64,000 bases of DNA from Parasitella parasitica NRRL 2501 (GCA_025201805.1 MU619246.1:175627-239626), one strand, 5' to 3'. Counted from the stretch's first letter, positions 10,485-24,723 are shown. The notes: a model not told the origin generated them from the sequence alone. A program made the numbers and translations.

Positions 10485-10604
10485 CCTTTGGTCAAACTAT
10501 TTGTAAAATATGGTCAAATTAGCCTGGTAAAGTGGTGCTAAAAAATAATTTCGGAAGTGGACCAATTATTTTCAAGAAAATGCCAATCTCTATAAGCCTG
10601 ACTG
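10485..10604. repeat. TA-flanked Tc1-like terminus with ~22-bp-period repeats
   Basis: Ends ...CCTGACTG|TA at 10604-10606. The reverse complement matches the 2043 terminus at 25 of 42 positions. Confidence 0.5.
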
Positions 10605-10641
10605 TACTCTTTCTGTCTAAACGCAACTCTTCAACCTCGTC

Positions 10642-11596
10642 ATGAGCAAACCAATAAAGACGTAAGATGCTATACACTTTGATTGTGAAAGCGTCTAAGT
10701 TAACTATAGAATAAAGCGGATTTCTTTTTCAAATGATACTGGGACAGAAGAGGTTCATATTTTAGTTCAAGAAGTAATATGTTATTTTATGTTATTTTCT
10801 GTAATTAAATCTGATCCTTTCTGCATAGGTTCTCGATGCAGCTTATGGGTGTTATGTCTGGCCATCAGCACTAGTATTGGGTGAATTTGTTTGGCACCAT
10901 CGTAATCAATTTAAAAATAAAACCATACTAGAGGTAAGCGCTCTTTGACACATCTTTTGCCGTCAACTGATTGACTCTGCAACTGGCATAGTTGGGTGCT
11001 GGGACATCTATACCGTCTATCGTCATTGGGAAATCATCGCCATCAGCGCATTTAATTTTAAGCGATATACCTTCAATTTTGCCGGTAGTGCGAAGTTGCA
11101 TTCAGCTAAACGATTTAAAAAGAGCTCGGATACTCGCCATTGAATGGGGGCAGTTTGGCACAGAAAATAGTATAGACACTGTAATAAATCGCGTGGAAAG
11201 AGAACAAAAGGCCAAGATAGACTACATCCTGGGAAGCGATACTTTCTATGAGCCATCACGTAATGTTTTTTATCGAAAGAATAACACAAATATCTAATGT
11301 ACCGTTTAGAATTTGAAAATCTGCTAGTTTCTATATCTTTTGTAGTCCATAAACACAATGGAGACTGTAAATTTTATACCACATATCAAGAGAGAAGTCC
11401 CAAAAGAAGCATCCAGTATCTTTTGGACAAATGGAAACTAAAATGCAGGCAAATTTCTAAAGATTCGTTCGCATTTGATGAGACCAAGTACAGTGACAAT
11501 GAAGATGATGAGTCAGAGGTAAAAGTAAATGCAGGCACATTATCGAGTGTATTTCTGCTAGAAATATCTTCTATTGATTTTCCATTTGCAGAATAA
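10642..11596 (+). CDS. METTL23-like SAM-dependent protein methyltransferase (Methyltransf_16), 5 exons
   Basis: Spliced product contains YGCYVWPSALVL, ILE|LGAGTSIPS, IEWG, ILGSDTFYEP and YQERS. Confidence 0.85.
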
Positions 11597-11767
11597 ATAC
11601 AGAATGTATACACCTTTCAATCAACGTTGGCGTCGTTCTGTCATGGAGTTCGCCTTTAATGTGACCCTTTTTCCTCAGTCCTGATGTGACGAGAAGGAAT
11701 TTGACATGTCTGGATGTTTCTTAAATATTTTTTTCCTCCACTTTTCTTATACACATATAATATTATA

Positions 11768-12616
11768 ATGTCGACTTTACGTAATGCAGTTCAAAGAAGA
11801 AACCACAAAGAGCGTGGCCAGACAGCTGGAAGAGAAAAATTTGGTCTCTTGGAAAAGAAGAAGGATTATCTTTTGCGTGCCAAAGATTACCATGGAAAGC
11901 AAAAGAAGCTAAAGGCAATGAGGGAAAAGGCATTATTTAGAAATCCCGATGAATTCTACTTTAAAATGATCAATAGCCAAACCAAAGGTGGCGTGCACAT
12001 TCAAAAGCGTAATGAAGAGCTACCAGATGAGATGGTTCAATTGATGAAGACGCAAGACAAAGAATACATTAAATATCAAAGAGATCTCAGTAAACGAGTA
12101 AGTGTTGGTAACGATGATGTTTATACGTATTGACAAATGCACTTTATATAGAAATTAGAAAAGTTACAAGCATCACTTCATTTCATAGACGATGGAAAGA
12201 ATTCAGACGATGAGGAAAACTCGGATGATGATAAAAAACCCACCAAAAAAAATAAATCGAACCACATTGTTTTTGTGGATTCAAAAGAAAAAGCCCGCAA
12301 ATTTAATCCTGTCGAACATCTCGATACCTTACCTGAACTAGTCAATCGTAAATTCAACAGACCTCGCATTTCAACATTACGTGAGACCGCCATCGTTGCA
12401 CCTCACACAGGCAGAGAATTAAAGGACATCAAAAAGGAAAGAGAGCGCTTATACATGGAACTCCAATCTCGTATGAAGCGTGAAGAAGAATTGTCAAAAG
12501 CAGAAAGGGAACTAGCGATACAAAAGGCCTTGAGACAAAAGGGGAGAAAGAAGCAAGTGGGCAAGGATGAGTATGGATTACCAACGTACAAATGGAAAGC
12601 AGACCGCAAAAAATAA
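11768..12616 (+). CDS. UTP11: U3 snoRNA-associated protein 11
   Basis: MSTLRNAVQRRNHKERGQ..REKFGLLEKKKDY..RNPDEFYFKM...YKWKADRKK; one intron at about 12098-12151. Confidence 0.95.
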
Positions 12617-12630
12617 ATAAATTTATTGAT

Positions 12631-13843
12631 TTATATGTTTTGAACCATACCAATTTTAATGGATTGATCAAATGAACTACATGCAAATAACCCTTTTTTA
12701 TCCTTGTTCCAATCCAAAGAGATGATGGGGTGTTTTGACAGATTGAGCACATGAGCTACTTGCAAGTCCAGGCTGTATGTGCTTAGATTACCATCTCCAC
12801 CTGCAACACTAAAGTAGTCAGATTGTTGTGGTATATGTCGGATGGACCATAATGTCGTCTTTGATGGAGACTATTTCGAAAATGTTTGGTTAAAATTACC
12901 GACAAAAGGGCTGAGCAATGAATATACCTGGATCTCAGATATCTTTCCAGTAGCAACGTCGATCAAGTATGCGCTGGATAATGTACTCGCCAAGATTTTA
13001 CCATTGTTAAATTCAACCGAACAAATACCGTCTTTAACATGTGTTTCCCATAAATACTGTGATCCATTGACATGAAATAATTTGATGTCTCCATCTTCAT
13101 ATCCAACTGCAATCACCTTCTCTCCCTCCAATTGACCTTTTCAATCATGTTAGTTTCATGTATCCCTTCCTTCCAGCTTTCTGTGCGTGCTTTACCATAT
13201 GCCACAGCCCATATATCTTTTGATTCTTTGGATTTGATGGTTAGAACTGCCTTCTCTTGCTGTCGAACATCCCAAACTTTTACAGTGCCTGATCAATTAG
13301 AGTGTTAATTAAGCTACTCTACAAAAAAGTGAGTTCCTTACCATCACGACTAGCAGTAACGAGTTCTTGTGGCTCCTTTGGCTGATTGTAGCTATCTATC
13401 GAGTTGATGATGCTTTCATGTGCTTTAAAAGACATTAATGGGATATCGAAACGCTGTGCATCCCTGAATTGTTGTAAGATTAAGATCAAAATCGAAAGTG
13501 CATCGTTTCCAAGATTATGCCTCACCATATTTGAAGCTGGCCATCGAAATCGCCTGTTGCTAGGTTACGTGCTTGCCCTGTAATTGCTGCGCATCGAACT
13601 GCGGAATTCGTTTCAGTCTGTGAGGAAAGCATCAGCATCAGACACTTGTCTAATCAATCTATACTGATTTACCTCGGCTGTTAGCTCCACTTGTTTTCCA
13701 ATAAGGTTATATACCGCCATTTTTCCTGTTCCATGATTAGTAGCTCCAACAACACACGCTCTTGAAGAATGAGGAATCCACTTTATGTCGTAAGGCGTGA
13801 AAGAAAGCTCTCTATCTACCAAACAAGCACTTTTTATAGGCAT
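12631..13843 (-). CDS. WDR92: WD-repeat protein 92 (Monad/DNAAF10) homologue, multi-exon
   Basis: FTPYDIKWIPHSSR..GTG, LATGDFDG, AHESIINSID..ELVTASRDGTVKVWDVRQ, GYEDGDIKLF..WETHVKDGICSVEF, TLWSIRHIPQ, LDWNKDKKGL..SFDQ are colinear with WDR92. Confidence 0.85.
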
Positions 13844-14328
13844 TTTTTTGAAAGAAAATGAACAAATGTGACAAATTTTTTCCTTATTAACTAATGCGGT
13901 AGCAGATTTTTGATTTCACTCACTTTGTAAAATTGCACTTCCGAAGTTTGTTGCTAAATGAGTTGGCATCTTCTGAAGTAAAGAAAGTTTAGTTTATAGA
14001 CAGTGTTTATTTATATCAAAGCAAATAGGTATCAAAAGCCTAGTACAGTATTCTTATACGTACTATATTACTAATAATACTTCTGTATTGATTTATCATG
14101 TAAAAACTTGAATTTTTAAACATATTTTTAAGGGAGATGACTTTGAAGATATCAATTCGCTACTTGTTCATAAAGAAAAAATGAATCTATACTTATTAAA
14201 CTGTATGTGGAAATTATTTGATAGGCACACTCAGCTCAAGAGGGGGGGGGGAGGAGGATCTAATGGAGATAATAAAACAAGTTTATGAATAACAAATAGG
14301 TGCAAAAAATATATATAACTAGAAAAGA

Positions 14329-17300
14329 TTATTTGGTAAAGACGAGATCAAACTTGGCACCGTTGACATCTTGTTTTTCTTCAATAATAAGTATCTCGGA
14401 GACAACCATTTTACTGATGTCTTGCAAAGGCTTTTTGATAACCTTGACCAAGGTAGCCTCTTGATTCTTGATAACCTTGACTAATTCAGAGTCTACTTCA
14501 GCAGCGGCGAAGCGATAATACATGCTGATTTCATCGGTAGGCAACAAATTGGCCTTTTTTCTCAAACGCTGAACACGATTAATGATTTCACGTGCAATAC
14601 CCTCTTCCTCTAACTCGGGGTATGATTTGACATCCATTAAGACCAAAGAGTCCTTATCAGTATTAGCCTCATAAGAGGCATCAGAAGCTTCAAAATAACG
14701 AACAACATTAAGATCTTCATCAGTGACCTTAATACCAGAAACAATAAGCTCCTTTGTAGTAACAAACTCCTTGATCTGATCGCTAGTCATTTCAGGAAGA
14801 CCCTTCTTAACCTTCATGGCATCCTTCTTGAGTTTTTGACCCAAAACCTTCCAATCAGCCTCAGCCTTGTATTTGACACCATACTTGTCCTCGTTATCGG
14901 TGATCACAATGCTACGAACATTCAGTTCCTCGGAGATATATGATTCTAAGGCCTTGATGTCGGCATGGTATTGAGGATCGCTGTGGATAACCACCAATTC
15001 CTTCAAAGGAGTCTTGAGGGAAATATTCTTGCGTTCACGAATTGTACGGCCCAATTCAATAACGGCTTGCATACGCCCAACGGCACGCTCAATTTCAGGA
15101 TCATAGTATTCTTCGCAGACAGAGGGGAATTCCAGGAAATGAATGGAACGATCATCAGCAACTTTGGGGTTCTTGGAAGCAAAGTCCTTGAGGTTTTGAT
15201 ACATGTTTTCAACCAAAAAAGGTGTGAACGGAGCCATGGTACCACACAAAGTGAATAAAACTTCGTAAAGAGTGCTCATGGCCAACTTGGCATCCTCCAG
15301 ACCATTTTCGCCCTTTAATCTCTTACGATTGAAACGAACATACCAGTTGGTGAGAGTATCGATCATGTTCAACAAACGAGGCACAACAGTGTAAAGTCTA
15401 TAAGCACTCATCTCGTTACGGATGAATTCAATGAGAGATTGGCAGGAAGCCAAAATCCAGCGATCCATAACATTATCAGAATTGTTAGTGTCATCGTATT
15501 TGAAGTGAAAGTCAAAGTCATAGTCCTTCTTCAAGACAGCAGCTTGGGTAAGGAAGAACTTGTAGGCATTGTACCAAGGCAAGAAGACCTTAGAGATGAC
15601 ATCCTTAACACCTTCTTCCTTGAACTTTAAGGTTTCAGCACGGACAACAGGAGAGTTGATGAGATACAACCTTAAAGCATCAGAGCCAAATTTGTCAATG
15701 ACAATTCCAGGCTCAGGATAATTCTTAAGGCGTTTACTCATCTTCTTGCCGTCAGCGGCCAAAACAAGGCCACTGACAATTACATTTTTAGCAGGAGGCT
15801 TGTTGAAGAGATGGGTAGACAAAACCAAAAGAGTGTAGAACCAGCCACGCGTTTGATCAATTCCTTCAGAGATGAAATCAGCAGGGAAAGAAGATTCGAC
15901 CTTCTCCTTGTTTTCGAAAGGGTAATGCTGTTGAGCATAGGGCATAGAGCCAGATTCAAACCAACAATCAAAGACTTCTTCGACACGACGAAGGACACCC
16001 TTACCTTGCTTGGAAGGAATAGTGATGCCATCAATGCTTTCACGATGAAGATCAGTGATAGGAGAAACACCACTGAGCTCTTCTAATTCACTGATAGAAC
16101 CAACGCAGACAACTTCTTCGTAGTCATCACTGACCCAGATAGGCAAAGGAGTACCCCAGTATCTGTTACGAGAAATGTTCCAATCGCGAGCATTAGTAAT
16201 CCAATTGGCGAAGCGTTTTTCTTGAACAAAAGCAGGAACCCAGCGCATCTCCTTGTTACAATCCAAAATTTTGTCGATGATAGGAGCGACACGAACGAAC
16301 CAGGCAGGCACAGCCTTGTAAATGAGAGGGGTATCAGAACGCCAGCAGAAGGGATAGCTATGCATAAACTGTGATTGAACAATCAAGCGACCCTTTGCCT
16401 TGATATCCTTTTGAATAACCTTATCAGCATCCTTGACGTACATACCCGCATAATCAGGGACTTCGTTAGTAAAGATACCAGAATCGTCAATAGGAAGAGG
16501 TAAATGGCCATCAGCAGTAATAGCACCGTGCTCAATACACACTCTGTAATCGTCCTCACCAAAAGCAGGAGCATTTTGAACAATACCAGTACCGGAATCA
16601 TCAGTAACATAGGTATCTACCATGATTTGGAAAGCACAATCCTTGAATTCCTCATAGAAATAATTGAACATGGGAACGAGCTTCCATCCCTTCATTTCAG
16701 AACCCATATACTTTTCGAGAACTGTAAACTTGGCCTTTTTAGGGTCTTTGTAGAGCATAGAAAGACGCTTTTCCATCAAAATGTACTTGTTTCCAGTAAG
16801 TTCGTCTTGAATCTTGATGTATTCAAATTTGGGATGAACACAGACACCCATGTTGGAGGGTAAAGTCCATGGAGTAGTAGTCCAGGTCAAAACTTGGGTA
16901 GTCTCATCGTCAACCAAAGGGAACCCAACAATAACTACGAGACGCTGTGAATAATAAAATAACACCATGAAAAGAGGGAAAACTTACTGGCAGGATCGTT
17001 CACATCCTTATAATTTTGAGAGGATTCAAAGTTAGATAGAGGAGTAGTACAGCCGGTAGAATAAGGCATGACCTGTCAAACACGTATAAGAGCCATGGAA
17101 ACTATAAGAGGTAAAAAATAAAAATAAAAATACATACTCTTTTACCACGGTAAACTTGGTCGTTCTCGAACAATTGCTTGAAAACCCACCAAACAGTTTC
17201 CATAAAGGTAGGGTTCAGTGTCTTGTAATCGTTATCGAAATCAATCCAACGAGCCATACGTTCAACAGTTTTACGCCATTCGCCAGCATATCTCATGACG

Positions 17301-17791
17301 ATAGCTCTGCATTCGGCATTGTACTTGTCGATACCCATATTCAAGACATCCTGCTTACCAGTAATACCCAACTTTTTATCAATTTCATATTCAACGGGAA
17401 GGCCATGAGTATCCCAACCGAAGCGACGCTCAACGGAATGACCGGTGTTGTGGGCATAACGTGTGACGATGTCCTTAATGGTGCCAGCCAACAAGTGACC
17501 ATAGTGAGGAAGACCGGTGGCGAATGGAGGTCCATCATAGAAAGCAAAGACAGGCTTGTCCTTGTTTAATTTCATGGAGGTTTGGAAAGCATCAATTTCT
17601 TTCCAGAATTCCAGAATCTTCTCCTCTTCCTTGGGAAAGCTAGCAGTAAATATAAAATGTTAGCATACCTGCTGTTACAGTTTAGGAAACACGTTTTCTT
17701 TACTTGAATTGACCAGATACTATCGTGATGTTTTATTAGTACTGCTACATATATTTTCAGTCTCGGTTTACTTACAGTCAGCCAAAGACAT
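14329..17791 (-). CDS. ILS1: Isoleucine--tRNA ligase, cytoplasmic
   Basis: [49 protein letters not shown] and KMSKR motifs. Two 16-nt 5' micro-exons give MSLADLSGQFSFPKEEE. Confidence 0.97.
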
Positions 17792-18017
17792 TTTGTAAAA
17801 GAAAATGAAATAAAGAAAAGTGAAACGTTGAGTTCCGATGTGTTTATAAAAGATTTTTTGATGGTGCTATTTGGTTGTTGTCAGGTAAGGTATACCTCTG
17901 TTTGAATAACCGAATAAGCCACACACTGTGCCTATATCAATTATGACAATTACAGATATCTTGCTCTTATTGGCTTGATCATTTTACGAAAACCGCAGTT
18001 TTTGTTGATGAGGGTAT

Positions 18018-18024
18018 TGACTCA
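18018..18024. promoter_or_regulatory. Possible Gcn4/CpcA site upstream of IleRS
   Basis: Perfect TGACTCA about 230 bp upstream of the ATG. Aminoacyl-tRNA synthetase genes are known general-control targets in fungi. Confidence 0.35.
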
Positions 18025-21000
18025 TCCCGCTTGTGATATTATAAATACTCTACTTTACCTGAGGTGGCTATGCTAAGTATGACACTTGTCGGTTTCTCTC
18101 CAATTTAGATATCAATACTCGTACACGCATACACATGCATTTCAGGCACAATGAACGTGATGCCTTAGTTTTAATTGGAAATCAGGTTCAAATCCAGAGT
18201 TCGATCAACATGTTTTAACGTAAAATACCCTGAGTTGGCCATTTCCATTTTTTAGATTAATCTTCAGTCATTATTTTTTCCCACTAAAGATGACCCAAAT
18301 GTATATTGAATTCTCTTATTTAACGAATATATACACACTAAATTGAAATTTTTAGCTGCTATTTTATACAGTTAAATTAGATGCAGAATGTATTCATTTT
18401 ATTCGAAAGACTATGTTCTATATGACACGCATAACGATACCGTACTTTTTTAAGTTGCCAAAATGCCTGTCATAATTATGATTCCAATCTGTTCAGATAA
18501 CAAGTGAAAAAGGCTATAGAGTATCCAATTCATTGAACGAGAATTACTTCTCTATTCGATTACCTTAGTATGAGAGTACGACCATTAGACGAATTAAGTC
18601 GACAAAAGCCAACTCAGGGTTTCACATTTCGACATATCCCAATGTATGTTAGCTGTCCTCTGCGGTGAAGCCATCATGATTGCGTCTGGTTGTGATTCTG
18701 ATAAAATATTCGTAGTCAAATTTTGGTCTTTTAATCAATTGTTTTGTTCTTCGTTGGCCAAACTCGCTTTACTTTGTCGTTTAAGCTAATAAGAAGCCCG
18801 TTTCTATCAGGACAATGGCAGATAGGTGAGAGAATAGAATCACATTAAGCTCCATTTCTCAGACATTCATGATTGGGTAGCTTCTTAACTAAGTTGGAAA
18901 ATATTTCGATTAACAACGCCATCTTCTTCATTAACTCTACGTATAACTAGTCTAGCTTGATCTTCATCATTTTTCTATCAACAATAGTTTCATCACCTAG
19001 ACCGCGAAACATTCAAACTTTATATACATATTTCTTTTTATCTTGATTTCCCTCTTTAATGCATCCGATTTGGTAGTTTGAGAAAAAATCCACATTAACA
19101 TACTCAATAGGCCAAACGATATTTTCTAGTTGTTTGATATTTCCATGATCAGGATTTTGTGCTAAAAAGGCATGAGATTGAGCAATTTCTTGATTGGTGA
19201 CTCTTTGTATACAACGACGAAGAATAAGCTATTGATGAGCAATAAAAAATAATCAAGTTCAATACATAAGTAGATGACAAATAGTGTATAAAAAGATGGC
19301 ATTTCTGATCAATGAAGTCATTAGTTTTTGTGTCTGATTTTATTACTGCCATATCAATTCTCATTCTTTGGGGTGGTATTTGAAGTAAATCATAGGCATT
19401 ATTGATTTACACACTCCTAATATAATGACGTTGTGTATAAAAACATCCACAGAATGTATCCGTAATGATGTGCAATACAGCATTTTGTTTTCTTGCCATG
19501 ATGAATCGCCTTTTCTGCTAATTCTCTTTTGTAACAAAACATGTTAATAAATTTAACTGTGGCTGGATTTGACATTAAATGGTAATTTTTTGCTATTACG
19601 CGATTATTTCTTAAAGACCCACACTGTATCAGTTGACCAGAACGAGATATCGAAAAGACTGCGACATTTATAAAACATTTGTAATGAAAGTTAAGCAAAA
19701 AGGATCTCATGGATTTCAAACTTGAAAGGAATGTAGGGTATCATATAACAATACATTGAATAATTAAGAATTATGTATCTTCTCTATTTTATTTTAGCTG
19801 TTACAGAACTTTATAACATCTTGTCATATAGGTACTAGTTTATTGCACAAAGAATATTGCAAAAAGATCACAATCGTATCAATTTCCGTACCAAGCCTAA
19901 AAAGGTAGTATCAAGGGATTATAGTGTTTGATTCAGTAATCAAGGGCGATGCTTGTATGTATAAATAATTTGGGTGCATCATGTTAAGCTTTGGCTCTTT
20001 GTTATTGAGAATAAACATGAAAAGGTGCAAAGTAGTGGTTGTATATTCAGTGCATAATCAGCTGTTCGTCCACACATTGTTTGTTCGATGATACATCTGT
20101 ACTCATTATATAGTTTTTTAAGGGGCTGTGTCATGTCTAATGATCATGCAAAGGTCGTGTCTTCATTGTAGCATTTAATAATGTTTTCGAGCTACTATAT
20201 TCGTTTGCTTAAATGCCCAAACCAGGCCAACAAACAAAAACATTCGAAATTGTATATGATAGAGTATAGATACGACTGCATTTTATGTATGAGCTTAATC
20301 ATGTTTAACTCATGATACCATGCAATTAAGGAGATGTTGCTCCAGAGTTACTTGGCTGCTTCTTTCATTATGAGCTTGTTGGCTAAAGTACCAAAACAGA
20401 AAATTGTTGTTAATATTTGGCTGGGTGCCACGTGTCTAGTTGTTGAGTGCGTATCTATACTAAAAATCAATCTAAATATTGAAAAAAAAAGGGGGTAGGT
20501 GCCTTGAAGTTAACCTAGTACAATTCGAGTTACAAGATACCACAACAGTAATTTGAAGCCATTTTTTCAGTGTAAAATCGATCGTTCGCTTCATTATCTT
20601 TTGGAGACTATGTCATAAAAAGAAAAACGTTTTGGTTTATGCACATACCAAACTACTGTGAGAATCTGTATACTCCCTGGAATAAAGGCTTGGTGCTCGC
20701 TATTTTGATAAAATTGCTCTTCGGTGCTTACTTTTGCCCTGCTGGCATCGAAATTAAGTTCGTTCGTTGCCATGGAAACAAAGGTATACCTCACCTGTCA
20801 AATTTCGTCTCGATCATATCCAATCTCCTCTCTGCAAATGTACAGATATTAAGCCTTATCGATTAATGTTGATGGATTACCCAAAAAAAAAAAAAAGGCA
20901 ATCAGAATTTTACCTTTAAAATGCCTCATAAATTGAAAGAGGTCAAATATATTTACTCAAACTTATTATAGTTTTAGCACTAAGTAACTAAAATGGAAAT

Positions 21001-21374
21001 TAAAGATTACACGAGCACACAAACAAACATAAATACAAATACACAAAGTGAGGATCCGAGTAAAAAAAACTAAAATATTTGATTATCCGCATTATGTATG
21101 ATATTCAAAAGAAACACTTGAACCAAATAGAATCATTTGATATCAATAAATAAATAAAGTATAACAGAGTTTGGAAGAAAAGTTAAAAGATTATAGAGTA
21201 GTACAATTAAAGAGACTATAGCAGGTATCGTTATAGATATATAGATATTTTTTATTAAAAAACCATGTATGTATACAGAAAAGGAACAACAAAAACGGGA
21301 GTCAATAATAAAGAAGATGCAAAACAAAAATAGATGGAAAGAAATAATAAAGGTATAATTATATGAAAACAAAA

Positions 21375-21993
21375 CTATTGGACAAGGACATCATGAAAGG
21401 AGCCATTCATCTGCTGTTGATGGTGCTGGTGAACTCTAGCATTACCACCACGCATGTAGAGTTGTTGATGGAAAATAGGAGAGGTATTTTTCATCGTACT
21501 ATATTGTTGAGGAGGTACAGATACAGGAGCCATATTCGAGGGATCGATGATTGGAATGGCTCTTCTAGATTTTGGAGGTGTTGCACTTCCTAAAGAAGAC
21601 ACAGACGACATGGAAGGTGAGGTACTTGGTGAAGATTGAGGTGACAAACGTTGTTGGATACGATCGCGATGTTCCAGTACCTCTGACGAGCATTGGACAG
21701 GACAGAATTCGAAATCATCGTAGAAATTTCGAGCAAGTTCCAGTTGTGCTCGGATTTGACCAAGTCTCTCTGGAGAGCTACGAGATGCTTTTGAATGCGA
21801 CAAGGAAGGCGATGCTGTTTTGTAATTAATATAGGTTCTTATAAAAAAAAAAAAAGTAACATAAATACTCACTGTTATGTTGTTGTGATTGTTGACGGTG
21901 AAAATGATATGCCTGCTGTTGTGCTTGTTGATGAGCTTGTTGGTTATAGTAGATGGTCATGTTATTATGGTGATGTTGATTGACAGGACTCAT
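21375..21993 (-). CDS. Hypothetical Gln/His/Ser-rich protein, 2 exons
   Basis: ATG at 21993, GTGAGT intron, exon 2 with LARNFYDDFEFCP and RRAIPIIDP. Confidence 0.7.
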
Positions 21994-23631
21994 GCTATAT
22001 TATACACAAATAAATATATGAAACTAAGATGAAAAGAAAAAAGGAAGACAAATGATAACCATATTTATATACCTTTTTCAAAAGGTGAAATGTAATGCAA
22101 CAAGTTGACTCTCATTGGACTCGTATATATATTCTATATTTACTATATTAACCAATAAGACCGGCTAAACAAGGTAAAACCAAATAGTCCAGACACACAG
22201 ACTAAACCCCACCATTTTTTAGGACACCAACTGCGCCCTAACCCGTTAAAACCGGTAAAATTATAAATACTGAATTTTTTTTTTTGAAATTGCTTGGAAT
22301 GAGTACAATGGTATTTTCTTATATAAAATCTTAATAAGATTACAGATAGGTAGTTATAACATATGTCCAGCAATGTGTCACTATGGATTTGACTTTAAAT
22401 CCGGAGAACGTCATTTAAAAGATTATGTGGAAGCATAATCCAAGTTTGTTTAGGTTAAGACGACTTTATGCATTTGATTTGAATCAGCCATTCAAAACGT
22501 TTGTTTACTTGGCCCCTTTATAAACATTTTATACCACTTGTATTAGTATATCATTTGAGAATTCAAAAAAACTGCCCACACTAAAAATCTAATGATATTG
22601 TTCAGATTATGATAACTCAATTTAGATTTATTCGAGTACGCAAATTGTTTGTTTAGTAGTGCTATTTTCTTTGTTTTTCCGTCTGTTTGTGATGCAGATT
22701 GCAGACAGATGCATGTATACAGTACACACGCTGTATCATGACAGATCGACAATCATAAATTACCATCTGTTGTCATGACAACACTATTATTGTGCATTTC
22801 GAAAACAAAAGCCGAAATATTTAGCTTTGTTCAATTATGAGAAAGAGAAGTTAGTGCATAACTGCATGAATAGAATACAGAAGTTGACTGTTTCAGCAAA
22901 TAAAAACAAATAAATTCTACTCTCTCTTGCATTTGTACTCTGCCCAACATTGAAATGTTGTTGGAATCCTTTTTCTGATGAAATAAATTCCATGTAATTG
23001 CAAGTAGGTTAAGTTTAATGCATTCGATAGAGTAAAGAATCGACCAAGAAATTGAAAGATGAAGAAGAGAATAAACGTCTAGAATTACTATATGAGTGAT
23101 TGAAGACAAAGAATATGCTTAATGTAGCCATAGAATCATCTTCAAATTATGTAGCCTGATTTACAGATGGTATTGATTGTCTTGATAACAAATGTATTAT
23201 ATGATACTAGAATTCTTCACCGCTCATTTTCCAAAGACAAATCAGATGCAAAACTTAACTATATCGCAAATCCAATCTCGGAAGCCTTGCTCTATACAGA
23301 TGAATTTTATTACATTAAGGTTTTGGATATATGAAAAATTCGTATAAAGCAAAACGTTGTTTTAAGATTTCAACGGTGGCCGTTGATTATCCATTATTTG
23401 ACATTTGTAACCAATAAATTAGAATGCTTTCGCATTGGGAAAAATACTAGTTTCTTTCATATTGTAAAGTAGGAAAACCAAGGCGAAGAAGACCGCTTGA
23501 TAGGATAGTCATATTTTAAAAGCGAAGATTAGGTGCCATATATCATCATATGAGTCGAATTAGACTTTTGCTAGAAATATGTCCTTAGAATACCAGATGA
23601 GAAGATCAGCGCATAGTAATTTATTTTGTAT

Positions 23632-24723
23632 TTATAAATCGACGCAGGTAGAGCCGTCATTAACAACATCTAGAACCTTGTAGAAACATTCAAAATCACC
23701 ATGTTGCTTAAACAAAGCGATTGCAGCCTCTGCAATTTTATCAAAATTCTTGGTAGCTAAAGCTAGAATAGTTGGACCAGCACCAGAAAGACAAATGCCC
23801 AAAAGCCCGTCATATTTTTGGTGCGTGATATTGGATAATACTTCAGGGAGACCAGGGATCAAATTTTTACGGTAAGGTTGATGAATTTTGTCTTGCATGG
23901 CATTGTAAATCAATTCGGGATTGGGAGGTGATTGACTTAACGCTGTCGTCAGCACAGCTAATCTTTGAAAGTTGAAAACCTATCGCCGGCATCAAATTAA
24001 ATCAACTTGCCTCATACTCTTAACTGAACTACTTACAACGTCTTTCCTTTCATAAGAAGTAGGGAGCACAGCTCTAGCCTTTGCTGTGGCAACCTCAAAT
24101 TGGGGCACAATAGCAATACATTTAATTTCCTTTGCCCAACCCAAATTAACATAATGACCAATGCCAACAGGAGGTTGAGGAACTTGCTGTGATAAAGCGA
24201 TGTCTAGTAATGATTCAGAAGCAGGCACACCCTTCATTGCACTAGGATCCAATTCGCGCAAGTAGGATGCAACAAAACCACCCATTAAAGCAGCAGCGAC
24301 ATTGTCAGGATGACGCTCAATCATCAAACAATAATCCAATAATCTATCCCTTGAGAGGTTCAATTGACCAAGAGCATTGCCCAACAAGACACCACCAACA
24401 ACAGCAGCACCAGAAGAACCGAGACCACGGCCGAGAGGGATTGGGTTGTCAACATGGATTCTAAGGGGTTGAGGCAACTGAGAAATACCGTTTGCAGAAA
24501 GGACATAGAGAGCAGTCTTGGTAATCAAGTTGTGCTCTGGAGTAAGTGGAACATCCTTGGCGCCTTCTCCGGAATAGGTCATCTCAAAAGCCTTACCTTC
24601 CTCTAAAATTTCGACATCCATCGTTAGATACAATGAAAGGGAAATCCCTAAAACATCAAAACCGGGACCGATATTAGCAGTTGAACATGGCGATTTAATA
24701 CGGAATTTTCTAGGCGTATTCAT
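23632..24723 (-). CDS. THR1: Homoserine kinase
   Basis: PCSTANIGPGFDVLG, IPLGRGLGSSG, ERHPDN, DKIHQPYR and LSGAGPT motifs; one intron at about 23981-24034. Confidence 0.97.

Noticed and set aside
18160-18210. tRNA-like GGTTCAAATCC motif
   Set aside because: No anticodon arm or complete cloverleaf could be built.
18600-19750. Possible Mutator/SWIM transposase remnant (KTNDFI, CHCPD)
   Set aside because: Motifs are too short and degraded to support a call without a profile search.
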